Assembly: GCA_038087875.1 (NCBI GenBank)
Contig: CM075989.1
Location: 9,922,001-9,982,000, forward strand
Source: Malacoraja senta
Taxonomy: Eukaryota
Direction of reading: 5' to 3'
Length of the DNA: 60,000 nucleotides
The notes below the pieces were generated by a model. The model made no database searches. It was given only the letters and a program-made list of their open reading frames with translations, and had not been told where the DNA came from. This document shows, in pieces, positions 1 through 13,150 of this stretch. How positions within the stretch are numbered: the stretch's first letter is position 1; each line of letters begins with the position of its first letter. Made by a program: the position numbers and the translations under genes.

Positions 1-69
1 AAGAAGGGTTTTGGCCCAAAACGTTACCTATTTCCTTCGCTCCATAGATGCTGCTGCACCCGCTGAGTC

Positions 70-230
70 CTTAAGAATTTTGTAAGTTTCTATAAGATCC
101 CCCCTCAATCTTCTATATTCCAGCGAGTACAAGCCGAGTCTATCCAGTCTTTCTTCATATGAAAGTCCTGCCATCCCAGGAATCAGTCTGGTGAACCTTC
201 TCTGTACTCCCTCTATGGCAAGAATGTCTA
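70..230 (-). mobile_element. CR1 LINE fragment (ORF2 C-terminal region)
   Basis: Same sequence as the other CR1 3' copies in the window (…ctataagatccccctc…). Confidence 0.8.
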
Positions 231-636
231 TCGTATAGTATCGTGTGTGTAGGTAGGAACTGCAGATGCTGGTTTAAACTGAAGATAGTCAAAAAAAGCT
301 GGAGTAACTCAACAGGTCAGACAGAATCTCTGGACAAAAGGAAAATATTACGTTTTGGGTTGGGTCTGAAATAGGTTCCTGCACACCTTTGGAATGTGGA
401 AGGAAACAAGAGCACCTGGAGAAAACCCATGCGATCAAAGGGTAAAAGAGCAAACTCTATTCAGACAGCACCCGTATTCAGGATCAATTCCGAGTCTCTG
501 GCACTGTTAGGCAGTAACTTTATGGCCAATGTACTGCCCCATAGTCTTGAACTTAATTAAAACATACAGTAGCTGTAAAGGGGGACATAGCGTCACTTGG
601 AGATTTAAAACTGAAAATGGATATTTTCATTTTTTT

Positions 637-1085
637 AGAAACATAGAAACATAGAAAATAGGTGCAGGAGGAGGCCATTCGGCCCTTTGAGCCAGCACCT
701 CCATTCATTGTGATCATGGCTGATCGTCCCCTATCAATAACCCGTGCCTGCCTTCTCCCCATATCCCTTGACTCCACTAGCCCCTAGAGCTCTATCTAAC
801 TCTCTCTTAAATCCATCCAGTGATTTGGCCTCCACTGCCCTCTGTGGCAGGGAATTCCATAAATTCACAACTCTCTGGGTGAAAACAAATTTCTCACCTC
901 AGTCTTAAATGACCTCCCCTGTATTCTAAGACTGTGACCCTTGGTTCTGGACTCGCCCAACATTGGGAACATTTTTCCTGCATCTAGCTTGTCCAGTCCT
1001 TTTATAATTTTATATGTTTCTATAAGATCCCCCTCATCCTTCTAAACTCCAGTGAATACAAGTCTAGTCTTTTCAATCTTTCCTT
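637..1085 (-). mobile_element. CR1 LINE 3' end
   Basis: Encodes RLDLYSLEFRRMRG and ends in an 8-mer tandem tail (ATAGAAAC)n. Confidence 0.9.
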
Positions 1086-1136
1086 AGTAACCAAAGTTAT
1101 GCACGTATAATTTTTTGTGTGTTGGAAAACAAAATA

Positions 1137-1365
1137 TAGTGGCACAGCTGGTAGACTTGCTGCCTCACACGCCAGAGATCTGTGTTCGATCCTGTCCTCG
1201 GGCACTGTCTGTGTTGAATTTGCACATTCTCCCTGCTAGCGTGTGGGTTTCCTCCCACATCCCAAAGACGCATTGGCTTTGTAGGTTAACTTGTCTCTGT
1301 AAAATTGCCCCTAATGTGTAGGGAGTGAGTGAGGAAATTGGGATATCAGAACTTGTGTGAATGGG
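1137..1365 (+). mobile_element. tRNA-derived SINE (V-SINE-like)
   Basis: A-box (tggcacagctgg) and B-box (gttcgatcc), followed by tttgcacattctccc. Related pieces occur at about 380-540, 42450-42620, 49930-50100 and 58180-58270. Confidence 0.8.
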
Positions 1366-1366
1366 T

Positions 1367-1815
1367 AGACAAAAATGCTAGAGAAACTCAGCGGGTAAGG
1401 CAGCATCTATGGAGCAAAGGAATAGAGGACATTTCGGGTCGAGACCCTTCTTTAGATTGATGTCGGGGGGGGGGGGGGTTGACACGAAAAATAAAGGAAG
1501 AGGCGGAGACAGTAGGCTGTGGGAGAGCTGGGAATGGGAGGGGAAGGAGGGAGAAAGCAAGGACTACCTGAAATTAGAGAAGCCAATGTTCATACCACTG
1601 GGGTGTAAACTACCCAAGCAAATATGAGGTGCTGCTCCTCCAATATGCAGTGGGCCTCACTCTGGCCATGGAGGAGGCCCAGGACAGAAAGGTCGGATTC
1701 AGAATGGGAAGGGGAGTTGAAGTATTGAGCCACCGGGAGATCAGGTTGGTTATTGCGAACTGAGTTGAGGTGTTGTGCGAAGCGATCGCCAAGCCTGCGC
1801 CTGGTCTCACCGAGG
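1367..1815 (-). mobile_element. Penelope-like element 3' fragment (GIY-YIG endonuclease end plus terminal repeat)
   Basis: Translates GETRRRLGDRFAQHL…PVAQYFNSPSH…LEEQHLIF. Confidence 0.88.
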
Positions 1816-2181
1816 TTGATCATACGCTGAATAATCCAACCACATTTTTGTTTGGAAGTGGAAAGAAATAATAGAAATTGCATTCATTGCAATGTGTAAA
1901 AAGAGTTGAGATACTGTATTATAATTTTGCTGCACGTCATTGTGGTATATATCATGTCTTGATTGGTGCATATGTTTAGTTTGTGACTTTATTTGAAGCA
2001 GAAATAATATGTGAATGCTTCATTGAGCATAATTCCGACTGGTAACTATGCACTTTGTCCGAGCACATTATCGCACGCGTTATGCAAGCTGTCTTAAATG
2101 ACCACCTAAACTGTCATTTGGCAACTTAAAAAGCTGCCAAGGTTGCCCGGCTGACAAGAGAAAAAAAAAGTGAGAGCCCTG
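1816..2181. mobile_element. Probable hAT-type DNA transposon end
   Basis: Ends in gagccctg with a subterminal ggttgcccggc motif that is shared with 59130-59200. Classification is tentative. Confidence 0.4.
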
Positions 2182-2335
2182 CAAGGTGTATAATATTTTT
2201 GACATTGTCATAGGCCTTTCTTACATATGCTGTCACAACGCACTGTAGTCGCTAAACAACCCCTTCAGTAATTTTCCTTGCCCTCCATTTCAGAATAATA
2301 GTGTTTTAAGCCAATAACTCGACACTAGCACTAGC

Positions 2336-2337
2336 AA

Positions 2338-2372
<35 letters not shown>
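2336..2372 (+). repeat. (AATA)n microsatellite
   Basis: Read directly from the sequence. Confidence 0.95.
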
Positions 2373-3197
2373 GCGCAGCTTTCCAGCCCCTTATCTCATT
2401 GGCCACGCTCTGCTGCAAATCGGTGTCAATGTGGTGGACCATCTTCCTCTAGTCGTGGGGGTGGGGGATTGGGAGGGGCCTCACAAGTGGAACAGCTTAG
2501 GGCCTCTCTTCATCTAAATCTGGCCCTGTCTACAATCAATTCCACTGTCTTAAGAGCATTGATGCGATGGCACCAGGAAGCCAGCTGTGACACTTAACAA
2601 TTATAAGTTAATACCAATACCAAGGATGTCAAAGACAATGGTGAAAATGGTTACCTGTTCAGTTACCTGAACAATTATCAAATTTCAAATTGTGAAGAGG
2701 TGGGTCTGGGAAAAACACAGAGGATGGAGGATTAAACTTTTTTTCACCTAAGTAATTGAGGTAGGGATCACAGCATCATTGGATGTTAAAGTAGATGAAT
2801 ATTTCAAACAGGAAGGATATGGGGAAAAAGGGTTTATGAAAGTTCTAGATCGTTTGAGGAAAGATTCAATAAACCTCTTCCTTACATTTAGGTACACAAT
2901 TTGATTATAACATCCAGATAATCAAAAACATACCAATTGGTTACAGACTGCTGATGCAATAATTTGGTGAAATATTTAGGTGGAAGGGCAGCAAAGGGTA
3001 ATGTCTCATGAAAACAGCTTTCCTTTGGGTTTTAGGTTGAGGTGCAAATTTAAAATCAGTAACACACATGTATTTTTGTTGCAGTAATCTTTGAAAAATA
3101 ATTAGATATTGTCACAAGGTAAATATTTCATTCCCAACTGCTGTGCATAAATACCCTGGCCCCGCTACGTTAGATATTGAAATCATAGTGCATGTAC

Positions 3198-3389
3198 CTG
3201 CATCCATTTGCTCTTCAGCCATACAGTAGGACCAACTTTCTTAAATTCCGTTAGAGTTTGCTGATAACATGGGAGGTGAGTGACATCAAAATATGCAGTA
3301 CCTCGTCCACCAAACTCAATGTCCACTTTGAAGAGCCAACGTTTAATTTCCAGATTTTCAATAATAAGCTGAATAAGGACTTCACGCAT
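3198..3389 (-). CDS. IQCH: IQCH coding exon 14 (MREVLIQLIIENLEIKRWLFK...KWMQ); gene continues beyond the window start
   Basis: ttttctcag| acceptor, CAG|gtacat donor, 192 nt. RWLFKxDxEFxGxGTA motif. Confidence 0.95.
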
Positions 3390-3787
3390 CTGAGAAAAAT
3401 AGAATGTTCTCATCATAAGGTGCATTTTAAGTTATTAAATTCCTATTTATGACCAATATTTTAATCAACAGATTTGAATGGGTCAGAAACAACATTTTAT
3501 CTCAGGTTGTGGTTATTCACCAAATGTAATAAACTTCCTCATTACCTTGTATTTGAAGATAACCTGTATCATATATATCGATAACAAATATATTCATTGT
3601 GTACCTGCCATCTTCCATTGTCTTTAGCAAGCTCATTCACAATTCTGCTGTCCGTTTTCTAACTTGTGCCTAGTCTAGCTGCTTGTGATCTATCATGATT
3701 CCATAGACTTCTTAAGTCACCTCTTACTAGCCATTTAGCTGAATGGCACTATCATTGCTGCAAGATGTGAAGCGACCGGGGTGACGT

Positions 3788-4087
3788 GGGGGGGGGAGGA
3801 GAGAGAGAGAGAGGGGGGGGGGAGGGGGAGGGGGAGGGGGGAGAGGGAGAGGGAGAGGGAGAGGGAGAGGGAGAGGGGGGAGGAGGGAGAGGGGGGAGGA
3901 GGGAGAGGGGGGAGGAGGGAGAGGGGAGGATGGAGAGGGGGGGAGGATGGAGAGGGGGGAGGATGGGAGGAGGGGAGGATGGGGAGGGGAGGGGGAGGGG
4001 GAGGGGGAGGGGGAGGGGGAGGGGGAGGGGGAGGGGGAGGGGGAGGGGGAGGGGGAGGGGGAGGGGGAGGGGGATATATGCGGGCCG

Positions 4088-4181
<94 letters not shown>
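3788..4181 (+). repeat. Polypurine tract: (GGGAGA)n, (GGGGGA)n and a long (GA)n
   Basis: Read directly from the sequence. Explains the cluster of low-complexity ORFs at 3727-4283. Confidence 0.97.
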
Positions 4182-4186
<5 letters not shown>

Positions 4187-4252
4187 CATAGATAGACTTT
4201 GCCACTGTTAAGCATGAAAGCAGTGAGGCTTGGGTGAGGGCCAGAAAACTAA

Positions 4253-4814
4253 TGGCCCTGTCGCACGATGCAAGTCCACCCACGAGTGATCCCGAGTTTA
4301 AAACTAATCAAACTCGTGGTAATCACGTAGAATTAACGTAACGGGAACGTCGGAACTCGTAACGCCAACGGCAGGTACTCGGGAAACTTGTTAACTCGTG
4401 AAAATCTTTCAACATGATGAAAGATTTCCACGAGTCAAATTTACTCTTGAAGTAAAAATTTAAAACTTTTAAACTCATTGTAAGAACGTAGTAGCCCGTG
4501 AGTTTACCGTAGTGACTCGTGAGTCTACCGTGGGCACTCTTTAACTCAGCAGGACAGGCAGCATCTCTGGAGAGAAGGAATGGGTGACGGGATGACGGTT
4601 CCAAAATTCTGCTGCGTCTTTGTGTTACTCCAGCACTGTGTGTTCACTTTTTGTCAACCAGCATTTGCCCTTTCTTGTGTATGACATTATTTGTATCCGT
4701 GGCAGTTGATTGTCCGACGTTCCCGCTACGTTAATTCTACGTGATTACCACGAGTTTGATTTGTTTTAAACTCGGGCTCACTCATGGGTGGACTCGCACC
4801 GTGAGACAGGGGTT
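4253..4814. mobile_element. PIF/Harbinger-type MITE with about 100-bp terminal inverted repeats
   Basis: 4253-4352 is the reverse complement of 4715-4814 (ggccctgtcgcacg… / …cgtgagacagggg). Flanked by TAA and TCA. A Penelope-derived module sits inside at about 4541-4680. Confidence 0.85.
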
Positions 4815-6179
4815 TCAGGAGAACATGTAATGTACACAAAATGAAATCAACACTTTTGAAGAAGTCTGAAACTTGTCCATGTTGATAGCAGCAACTACTG
4901 GTTCCCACAATTTGGAAATTTCAGTGCACCCAAAAATATTATCTGAAAGAACTACAGAGAAATGATGCCAGGAAATGACAAGAAGAACATTTATTACAGG
5001 AAAAGCAGGAAAGTTGGTGGCAAATAAATGAATCAAAAATAAAAAGTAATAGTAAGAAATTTAAAATTGAGATGTTGACAGGCTGAGAACTAATATAGGA
5101 ATTAAAATGGGTGACAAATATGAGTTTAACTAAAAGAACCAGCAGCGAGTGGAAGAGACAGACTTTTTTTTTTGCCTGAACAAATCATTGAATACTCAAA
5201 AATGATATTTCAAAGTAATGACTATAAATAAATGTTTGGACCTATTATAAATTATAATTTGCCATTACAAATACATCTAATATACTCAGATTGGTTGCAA
5301 TGTAAAATTGACAAAAGATGCTTTATTCAAAAGGACAGCATGAAGAAATTCTTCATTCTCTAACTCCAGACGGTAACAATTAATATTACTCCAATATGTT
5401 TTTCTCGTTCAACCAACATCTTTTTGAATTAATCCCAGAGGAAGAGTACATATGTGAATATTCAGAAATTTCCAGTAAACCCATTCAGTGATATAATTTT
5501 GGAGAAGATGCTTGCCACATTTAAACATAAATGTAGTGAGGCCTGGGGGGGGGGGGGGGGGGGGGGGGGGGGAAGACCAGTCACCTTATTTGTTTTACAA
5601 AAAAAGTAACATGGAAAATATAGAATAGTTGTTCATCTTCATTTTTCTCTGTTCAAGAATGCGTAGCTGCAGGGATATATTGACCAAACTCTGCAATCAA
5701 AATGTGCTTAAACACACAAAACAAAGATTTACTCTGTAGGATGACTGTCTAAATATTGGCCTGTATGCTGAAACTGGACAAGCAAGTCTATTGCTGTGAT
5801 TTCTCGTCATGAAAATGATCCTCTTTCTTGGTAAACTAATTTATACTAGATCCTCTGGAGATTAAAAGGAAGCTTCGATGATGGAGAATGCATTTGAAAA
5901 AATTGATAATATGGGGAAAAAAACATAGCACTTCAGTCAGGTCCAAATGAAAGGATCCAATCAAAACATTTAACCTTTCCTTCACTTCCAGATATTGATT
6001 GACTAGTGATTCCAAACTCCTGTATTTTCTGCTCTTATTTCCCAGGAAGGTCTTTCTCCACAGATACACTTATACCAGAAGTACCAGTTATAGCTGCAAA
6101 GCAAAATGTAATGTTGTGGCCCTTATTATTGACTTTCACTCATTTATGAATCTCAATCCCAGTGTTGACAGAAAAATAC

Positions 6180-7300
6180 ACTATAATCACATCTAAATTG
6201 CAAATTCCTGCAAGGAAACGTGCTGTAAAAAGGGGAGCATTTGCTCGGGATGGAAGAGAAAGATTACAGAGAGTCACAAAGAAAATGTCCCTCAGAATGC
6301 TGAAATGGAAGGGGTGGGGAAAATGTGTCAGGTGGAGGAATCATATTGGAGATAGGGAAAGTTATGGATGATACCGTTCTCAAATGTTGAGGATAGTGGA
6401 TACTTACCAAGGTCAAAGGGAACCTTCTCATGGCTCTCGGTGGGAAGAGAAACACTGTGGGAGATCAAGGAGTTATGGTTGAAAGCCTTCATAATCATGG
6501 TAGAGGGAATACTAGGGGGAAGAAGGAAAACATCTCAAAGGGGCATTAGCATGGAAAAACATTGGAGCAGAGACTGTGGATGAAGGGAATGGAGTTCTAA
6601 CAGGAAACAGAATGGAAATGTAGTCAAGAATGCTGGGAGTTGGTGGACTTAAAATGGATAATGGCAGCTAAACTATCTCTGGATGGAGATGAACATGTCA
6701 AGAAACAGAAGAAAAGTCAGATATTGACCATGTGAATGTAAAAGCAGAAATATGCAGCAAAAGTAATGAGATGTTTAAGTTGTACAATAATGCAGAAAAC
6801 TGTGTTAATATAGTCATCAATGGAAGTAGATAAATGTGGAGGAATACGACTGAAATAAGGATTAGTCCATGTCTTCTAGGCATACCTTGGGCCTATGAGA
6901 TTTGCCATAGCTTCACCTTGTAAAAATAAATTCAGCAAAGCGCTGAAGACTGGTTCAGCATCTCTTCAATGAAGATATGAACGGCCCTCAGACCATCCTG
7001 GTGGTGGTGGTGGTGGTGGTGGTGGTGGTGGGGGGGGGGGGGGGTGGAGGTAATGGATGGAGAAAATGAGTTGGTAGGTGAAACTGAACATCTCAGAGCA
7101 GTTGACAGACAATGTAGTTTGGTCGCGGTTGAACTGTTGGATCCACGTAGCACTGTAATACAATAGAACTTTATAATAGCAACATGCACTCTTAAAAAAC
7201 AGGTGCCAGTGACCGTTGACTTTCATCCAGGGATTGGCAGTGTGCAACCTCTAGACTTTTACTCCAGGTGAGGGCTATCCTCCACATTGAAACAGAAACC
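6180..7300 (-). mobile_element. Old, degenerate Penelope-like reverse transcriptase fragment
   Basis: Remnants resembling AMGxxMGP (about 6890-6912) and KPTxSHxxLDY (about 6615-6660). Interrupted by a (GGT)n/poly-G run at 6999-7045. Confidence 0.6.
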
Positions 7301-7762
7301 CCTCTTTATAATTCCCATACTCTGACTCAAGAATGTGTGGATTACTAAAATTGTTTTTTTTTTTCACAATGAGTAATGGGGCAACACAAAAAAGAGTGTT
7401 GAGGATCTAACACATTGGCAATTGAAATAGCATGGCCTGACAAATACAATTCAAGGCCCTTGGGGAGCAGAATAATGTGTTCAAAGTAAATTGCTTGCTG
7501 AGGCAGGATGAGGTGAAATTCTCCATATCAGCACAGACATTGTGGACTGAAGGTCCTGTTCCTCTGTTATATTGTACTATACTATCTGGTAACTTTGACC
7601 TACTGCTGATGGTGAGTCAGTGAGCCAACAATATTCCCAAAAAGTTAGCATGTAAAAATGACATGAACTATGCATTCAAAACATGTTCACAAAGTAACAT
7701 AAAAACATGTAGGATATGATGAAATGCATTGAATGTAATGCAAGAATATAATGGTAACATAC

Positions 7763-8035
7763 CTGCTGACGTCTGTAAACATCATATTCTCCAGGTGGCA
7801 TTGGCACAGATGCACTTGTAAAAATTCTTTTACTTCCAGACTTGGTACTGTACAAATGGGCCACTTCCGGCTCTGGGCCCAGGATTGGTACATTTAGCAT
7901 ATCTGCAACAGCTAAGTCATCCTGGTGAAGCAGTCCACCAACGATGTATGCAGGCTTGCCTTCAATAAGATTTTTTATTCGCTTTATTGCCTGGGGACTG
8001 TATTTCAGATGAGTGGCCAGGCACAAGTGGTGGGT
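7763..8035 (-). CDS. IQCH: IQCH coding exon 13 ([24 protein letters not shown]...[12 protein letters not shown])
   Basis: ttcacag| acceptor, CAG|gtatgt donor, 273 nt. Contains [12 protein letters not shown]. Confidence 0.97.
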
Positions 8036-9489
8036 CTGTGAATAGTGACATTACTCTTGTTAGATTGTATCCTTTTCTACTCCCAAGGCCTAATTTATTA
8101 TGCTGTACACAACAAATACATTATTAATAGTAGACTAGGTTGTGACCAGAGCTATAGTTTAGCAGTTTAAATTGATAAAAGCCACCAGTGTGGAGACTCA
8201 CAACGGTTCCATAATCCTTCACATTTTTAGTGCATCGTAAATGGGTTCCTTGGGAATTCAACTAATTACTACACATCTGTATTTATTTGATCCACGTGGA
8301 ATTACCCTTCTGTCGCATGAAAAGATGCTGGCAGCCTTCAATAACAGTGATTTATCTAAAAGACAGTTGTGGCACAGTTTAAGACTAAAGCTTGGAAAAA
8401 ATCAATACAAATAACTAACAAAAAATGCATCAGCCGGATTGCAGTGACATTAAAAAAACACACACACACACATACATACACCCACCTACTGGTTACCTGT
8501 CTGTAACATATTTCTGTTCATAATAAGTGCTGTGCCATGCACCATTAATTAATCTTTTCAATAAATTCTCCCAAATATTTTGTGAGGAGATTGTGCATAA
8601 TATTTGTTAAAGAGAAAATGGCTGCTTGTTCGATGGTTGCAGGTAAGGGTGCCTGATCTGATGCTACAGGGAGCATTTAATTTCAGTTTAAATTCTAAAT
8701 TCATGTTGTGTTAGCCAAGCAACATTTGATGAATTACAAATTACTCAGCATTCCAGCATCAGTGAGAAGAGAAGGCTTCATAAAAACCTCAGGTAGAGTT
8801 TCCAGCTCTTAATTTGTAATGCGTATCACTGTTTGGCAAAGAGTTTGTGTGAGCACAAGCTGGGGCCCAAACGTGATTCCCTCTCCAGCTCAACAGCTTA
8901 TTAACATTCATTGTCTCAGACCACACATGAAGAACCATCATTTAGAGCAAGACACTGATTGTTCATCAACTGTTACAAAACAGTGAAAATGAACAAAGCA
9001 AATGGGTCAAACCAAGGTCCTGCTGGTCTGCATGGTTTAATACTATAGCCAGCAGTGCCTTTACCTACCCAATCTACAAGGGAAATAAACATAAAATACG
9101 TGCAACAAACTCATTTGTGCTAATTTCGCTGTAATTACATAGTGCTGGTGACATACATTGTGAATTAAAAACGAAGGGACAGACTCTGTGAGCATACCAG
9201 GACAACATCATATTATCAAAGGAAAGGGAGTACCACAGCAAGCCACCAAGAAAGTGGGAGACTCTGCCGCTGACTGTCAAATTATAGGCCATTAACCTCT
9301 GGAGATTGCTGACTGGGGGGGGGCAGAGATTGCAGGTGGAAGTCAGAGGAGGGACAGGGGAAAATAAAACACTGCTCAATACAACTAAGAGCCACAAATA
9401 ATTTTCAGCTGTTCTGACTTTGCACCTAAAACAATAAGTTTTATTTTTTCTTTATCTTCTAGAGTTTCTATAACTTTGTGTTTTTCCCA

Positions 9490-10252
9490 TGAGGGGCACC
9501 ACACTATTGGCAGCCTCGCCAACAGTCTGTCTGTTTTTTCGTCTTTTTTGTTATTTTTAGTGTTTGAAAGTTTGTGTAAATGTTCTCTGGTTTGTTTTAT
9601 GTGGGGGTAGGGGATCGGAGGAAACTTTTTTTCAATCTCTTACTCTGCCGGAGATGCGATTGTTTTCCGGGTCGTTCTCCAGTCGCTCTGCGGCCTAACA
9701 TCATGGAGCTGGAGGCCTTGCTCGGGACTGACTTTGAGCCCCCCCCCCCCCCCGCGGGACGCAGACTTACCATCGGAGCCGATCCCTGGCCTGGGTTCGC
9801 TCCAACAGCGGCCTGCTGACTTTACCATCGAGAGCTCGCAGTCTCGGGTAGAGACAGTCGGGTCGGGAGCTCCAACGACGCAGAAGATTCGACAAGCCCC
9901 GACTCGGGGTCCGATCACCGGCGCGGATGGAGCTGAGATCCCCCCTGGTGCGAGAGCTTGATCGCCCTGGCGAGGAGGGCCTGACCACCGGCTACCGGAG
10001 TAAGATTAGCCTGGCAATGGAAGGCTCGAGGCTCTGCACCGCGGGAGAACAAAGAAGGGAAGAGATTTAACTTTTTTTCGCCTTCCATCACATTGAGGAA
10101 TGTGGAGTAGTCACTGTGGTGGATGTTTATGTTAAAATGTATTTTGTGTGTTCTGTTTATTTGTATGACTGACTTGGCAAATGAAATTCCTCATATGTTG
10201 CAAAACATACTTGGCTAATAAAGTATAATTGTATTGTATTATATTGTATTGT
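9490..10252 (+). mobile_element. Unclassified GC-rich retroposon with AATAAA and (ATTGT)n tail
   Basis: Tandem-repeat tail after AATAAA. The same 3' end recurs in reverse orientation at about 59870-60000. Confidence 0.65.
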
Positions 10253-10909
10253 AAAGGATATCTAAAGTGATAATTAAAATGATTTTGTACCCTTTCTGGG
10301 ACTTTTAATTTGCACTTTGTAATGTCATGTTCAGCAAGGGGAGGGTAAGTCTTAGGGCAGGACATGGTTTTAATCAACCTGGAGTCCTGCGAGTTGCAAA
10401 TGGTCACATGTCCCAGTCTCAAGCAACCCCTACATCAATTTGTAGGTCACAAAATGAATAGGTCTACACATTTATAAACTCTTATCTTCCTGTGGGGAGA
10501 TCACCGCCTGCAGGTTCACCTCCGTCATACACTATCCTGACTTGGAAGTATATTGATGGTCCTTCAAGGTTCCCATCTCTAAATTGTTTAACTCCCTATC
10601 CAACTTCAATTTGGAAGCACAGTCTCAAAATGGTTCAAGCAATTAGCGATAGGCAATAAATGCTGGCCTTGTTAATAAACATGGAGGAAGTAGATAATTA
10701 ATAAATAAATGGAAAAGACAATTCTGTGGATGCAATGTTGAACATAATAAGCCCATCAAACCTGTTCCTCCATTCAATAGATCGCAGTTGATGTGCTTAA
10801 TTTCACTTCATAATCTTTATTTCTTTTCTCATTTTTCTTCCACATACCTTGACATTCACCTCCCCCATTCCCTATCATAAAATAGTTTACAGTTACTGGA
10901 GAAACATAC

Positions 10910-11085
10910 AGGAAAATATCTTGTTGCCTCTGGTGTGATGACCTTGAGACGATTTGTCATGTCCACCGTTGCCTCAGGTTTTCCTGATTTGACACTTTCT
11001 TGTAGCCCAAGCAGTTTCATGTAGTACTGGGTCACATCCTCACCAATCCACAGGGGGCAAATATAGATAACATCTACATTGTCAT
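10910..11085 (-). CDS. IQCH: IQCH coding exon 12 (DDNVDVIYICP...KVITPEATRYFP)
   Basis: tttctttctag| acceptor, |gtatgt donor, 176 nt, phase 1-0. Confidence 0.96.
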
Positions 11086-12763
11086 CTAGAAAGAAAGAAA
11101 AATATATACCACAGACTGTTTTCATGTGGAACAAATCGATTATCAATCATTCTTCACCACACAAAAAAACAAAACCTACTTTATAAATCACAATGAAGTT
11201 CCCTACAGTTTTGAGGCAGGTTCCAATGGGTTTAAATAGTTTCTTGACTGAGCTTCCTAGGAACAGTTGCTCGCTGTGAGATAAGAAAAAAAAGTTTCAC
11301 TTCCATAGGCTGCAGAAGAGTTGGGTTGTATTTAATATTTTGGGTGGTAAATAGCTTCTAATACTGTGCACAGTTAACATGAGGTATCTTCTATGGTTAC
11401 CTTTAGCCTGCCTTAGGTTGACTTACACTAACACTATCCCACACACTAAGGGACACGTTCTCCATCTCCTTCTTCTACTCCATCCCTTCATTGTTTGTGT
11501 CTGGGCCCACCATAGTGGTGTCATCTCCAAACTTGCAGATGGTGTTGGAGCCAAATTTGACTGTAGTCATGAGTGTATGGAGAGTATAGTAGAGGACTGA
11601 GAACACATCCTTGCAGGGCACTGGTGTTGGGAATTGCAGTTAAATTTGATTTGTTGTAAGATGGTCACAATTAAGGAGTTTGAGATATTCTGCCACGCCC
11701 GCTTTTCCTAGATGCCAACGTTGAAATTATGAATTTGCAGCTGAGGTTCCTCCCTGCTGAGTTTTGAAACTTCAGCAGGGATACCACCTCAGTGTTATAG
11801 TTGTATGTTTAACGTATTGACTGTCCAGAGTGGCAGCAAAATTGTTGTGAAGTGGAGTCAGAAGTGCTGAAATAGAGTACAAAGTTGTGACCAAAGATAT
11901 CCTCAACGTCTTCCTTCGAGCTACCGCATCTTTGTCCTTGAAAAGCTCACCTCAGTTTTTGTCTCTTAATGGAGTCAGGTATAGTCTCATCATTGTTTTC
12001 TCAAGAGCAATATGTGATGATCTCATCAGCAACAGCCAGATAATGAGTTTGAGATAATCAAATAATGAACAACTGGAAAATAGGGCATACCCCCTATATT
12101 GTTGCATCCCTACCATGCCACAAATAGGGGCACTGTAGCATCAGGAGGGGTAGTTACACTCTTACATCTTTGCATAAATGAGTTCAATTACAAAAATGGA
12201 CATAAGAATTCATAATAAAATTGTTCCCATTGGTTGAAAGGTTGAGAATCAAAGGATACATATATTATCAAAACGCTATGGAAAATTGTTCTTTGTACTG
12301 CAAGTATTTATGATCTAGGATTTACTGCCTTAAAGGGTAGTAGCAGTCAATTATATTGTGGTTTTCAAAATGGAATTGAATAACTACTTGAAGAGAAAAA
12401 GAGAATGTCCAGGGCTATGGGAAACAAGCTTGTGAATGATATTAACTGGGTAGCTCTTACAAACACACAGCATAGATTCCATTCATCTCCTTTAGTGCTG
12501 TAGTGATTTCATGGTTTTACATAAAATTGTGCAGAATAAAAGAGATTACCTACACACCTCCAGTTTTTGTCAACCCTCTAATCTTGCTTCAGTTGATTCC
12601 ATATTTGGTTTCAACTTCCTTCATACACTACCATGCAAAATTATTTATGTGTACGTATCAAGACCTGGTTTATGCTCAAAGAAAAATACATAGTAAACTT
12701 CCGAGTCTAGAAATGCTCGATCTGTGGGCCCCTTGCTTCATTTGATGGAAGCCAGGCTTATTT

Positions 12764-13150
12764 TAGAAACATAGAAACATAGAAACATAGAAAATAGGTG
12801 CAGGAGGAGGCCATTCGGCCCTTCGAGCCAGCACCGCCATTCATTGTGATCATGGCTGATCGTCCCGTATCAATAACCCGTGCCTGCCTTCTCCCCATAT
12901 CCCTTGACTCCACTAGCCCCAAGAGCTCTATCTAACTCTCTCTTAAATCCATCCAGTGATTTGGCCTCCAGTGCCCTCTGTGGCAGGGAATTCCATAAAT
13001 TCACAACTCTCTGGGTGAAAAAGTTTTTTCTCACCTCAGTCATAAATGACCTCCCCTTTATTCTAAGACTGTGGCCCCTGGTTCTAGACTCGCCCCACAT
13101 TGGGAACATTTTTTCCTGCATCTAGCTTGTCCAATCATTTTATAATTTAT
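12764..13150 (-). mobile_element. CR1 LINE 3' end
   Basis: Encodes SRTRGHSLRI…FFTQRVVNLWNSLPQ, with an (ATAGAAAC)n tail. Confidence 0.92.

Noticed and set aside
1137..1205. tRNA gene
   Set aside because: The A and B boxes belong to a SINE head, with no complete cloverleaf, and the SINE body follows directly.
3727..4283. Six overlapping long ORFs (poly-P, SL, ER, GE)
   Set aside because: They are translations of the polypurine microsatellite.
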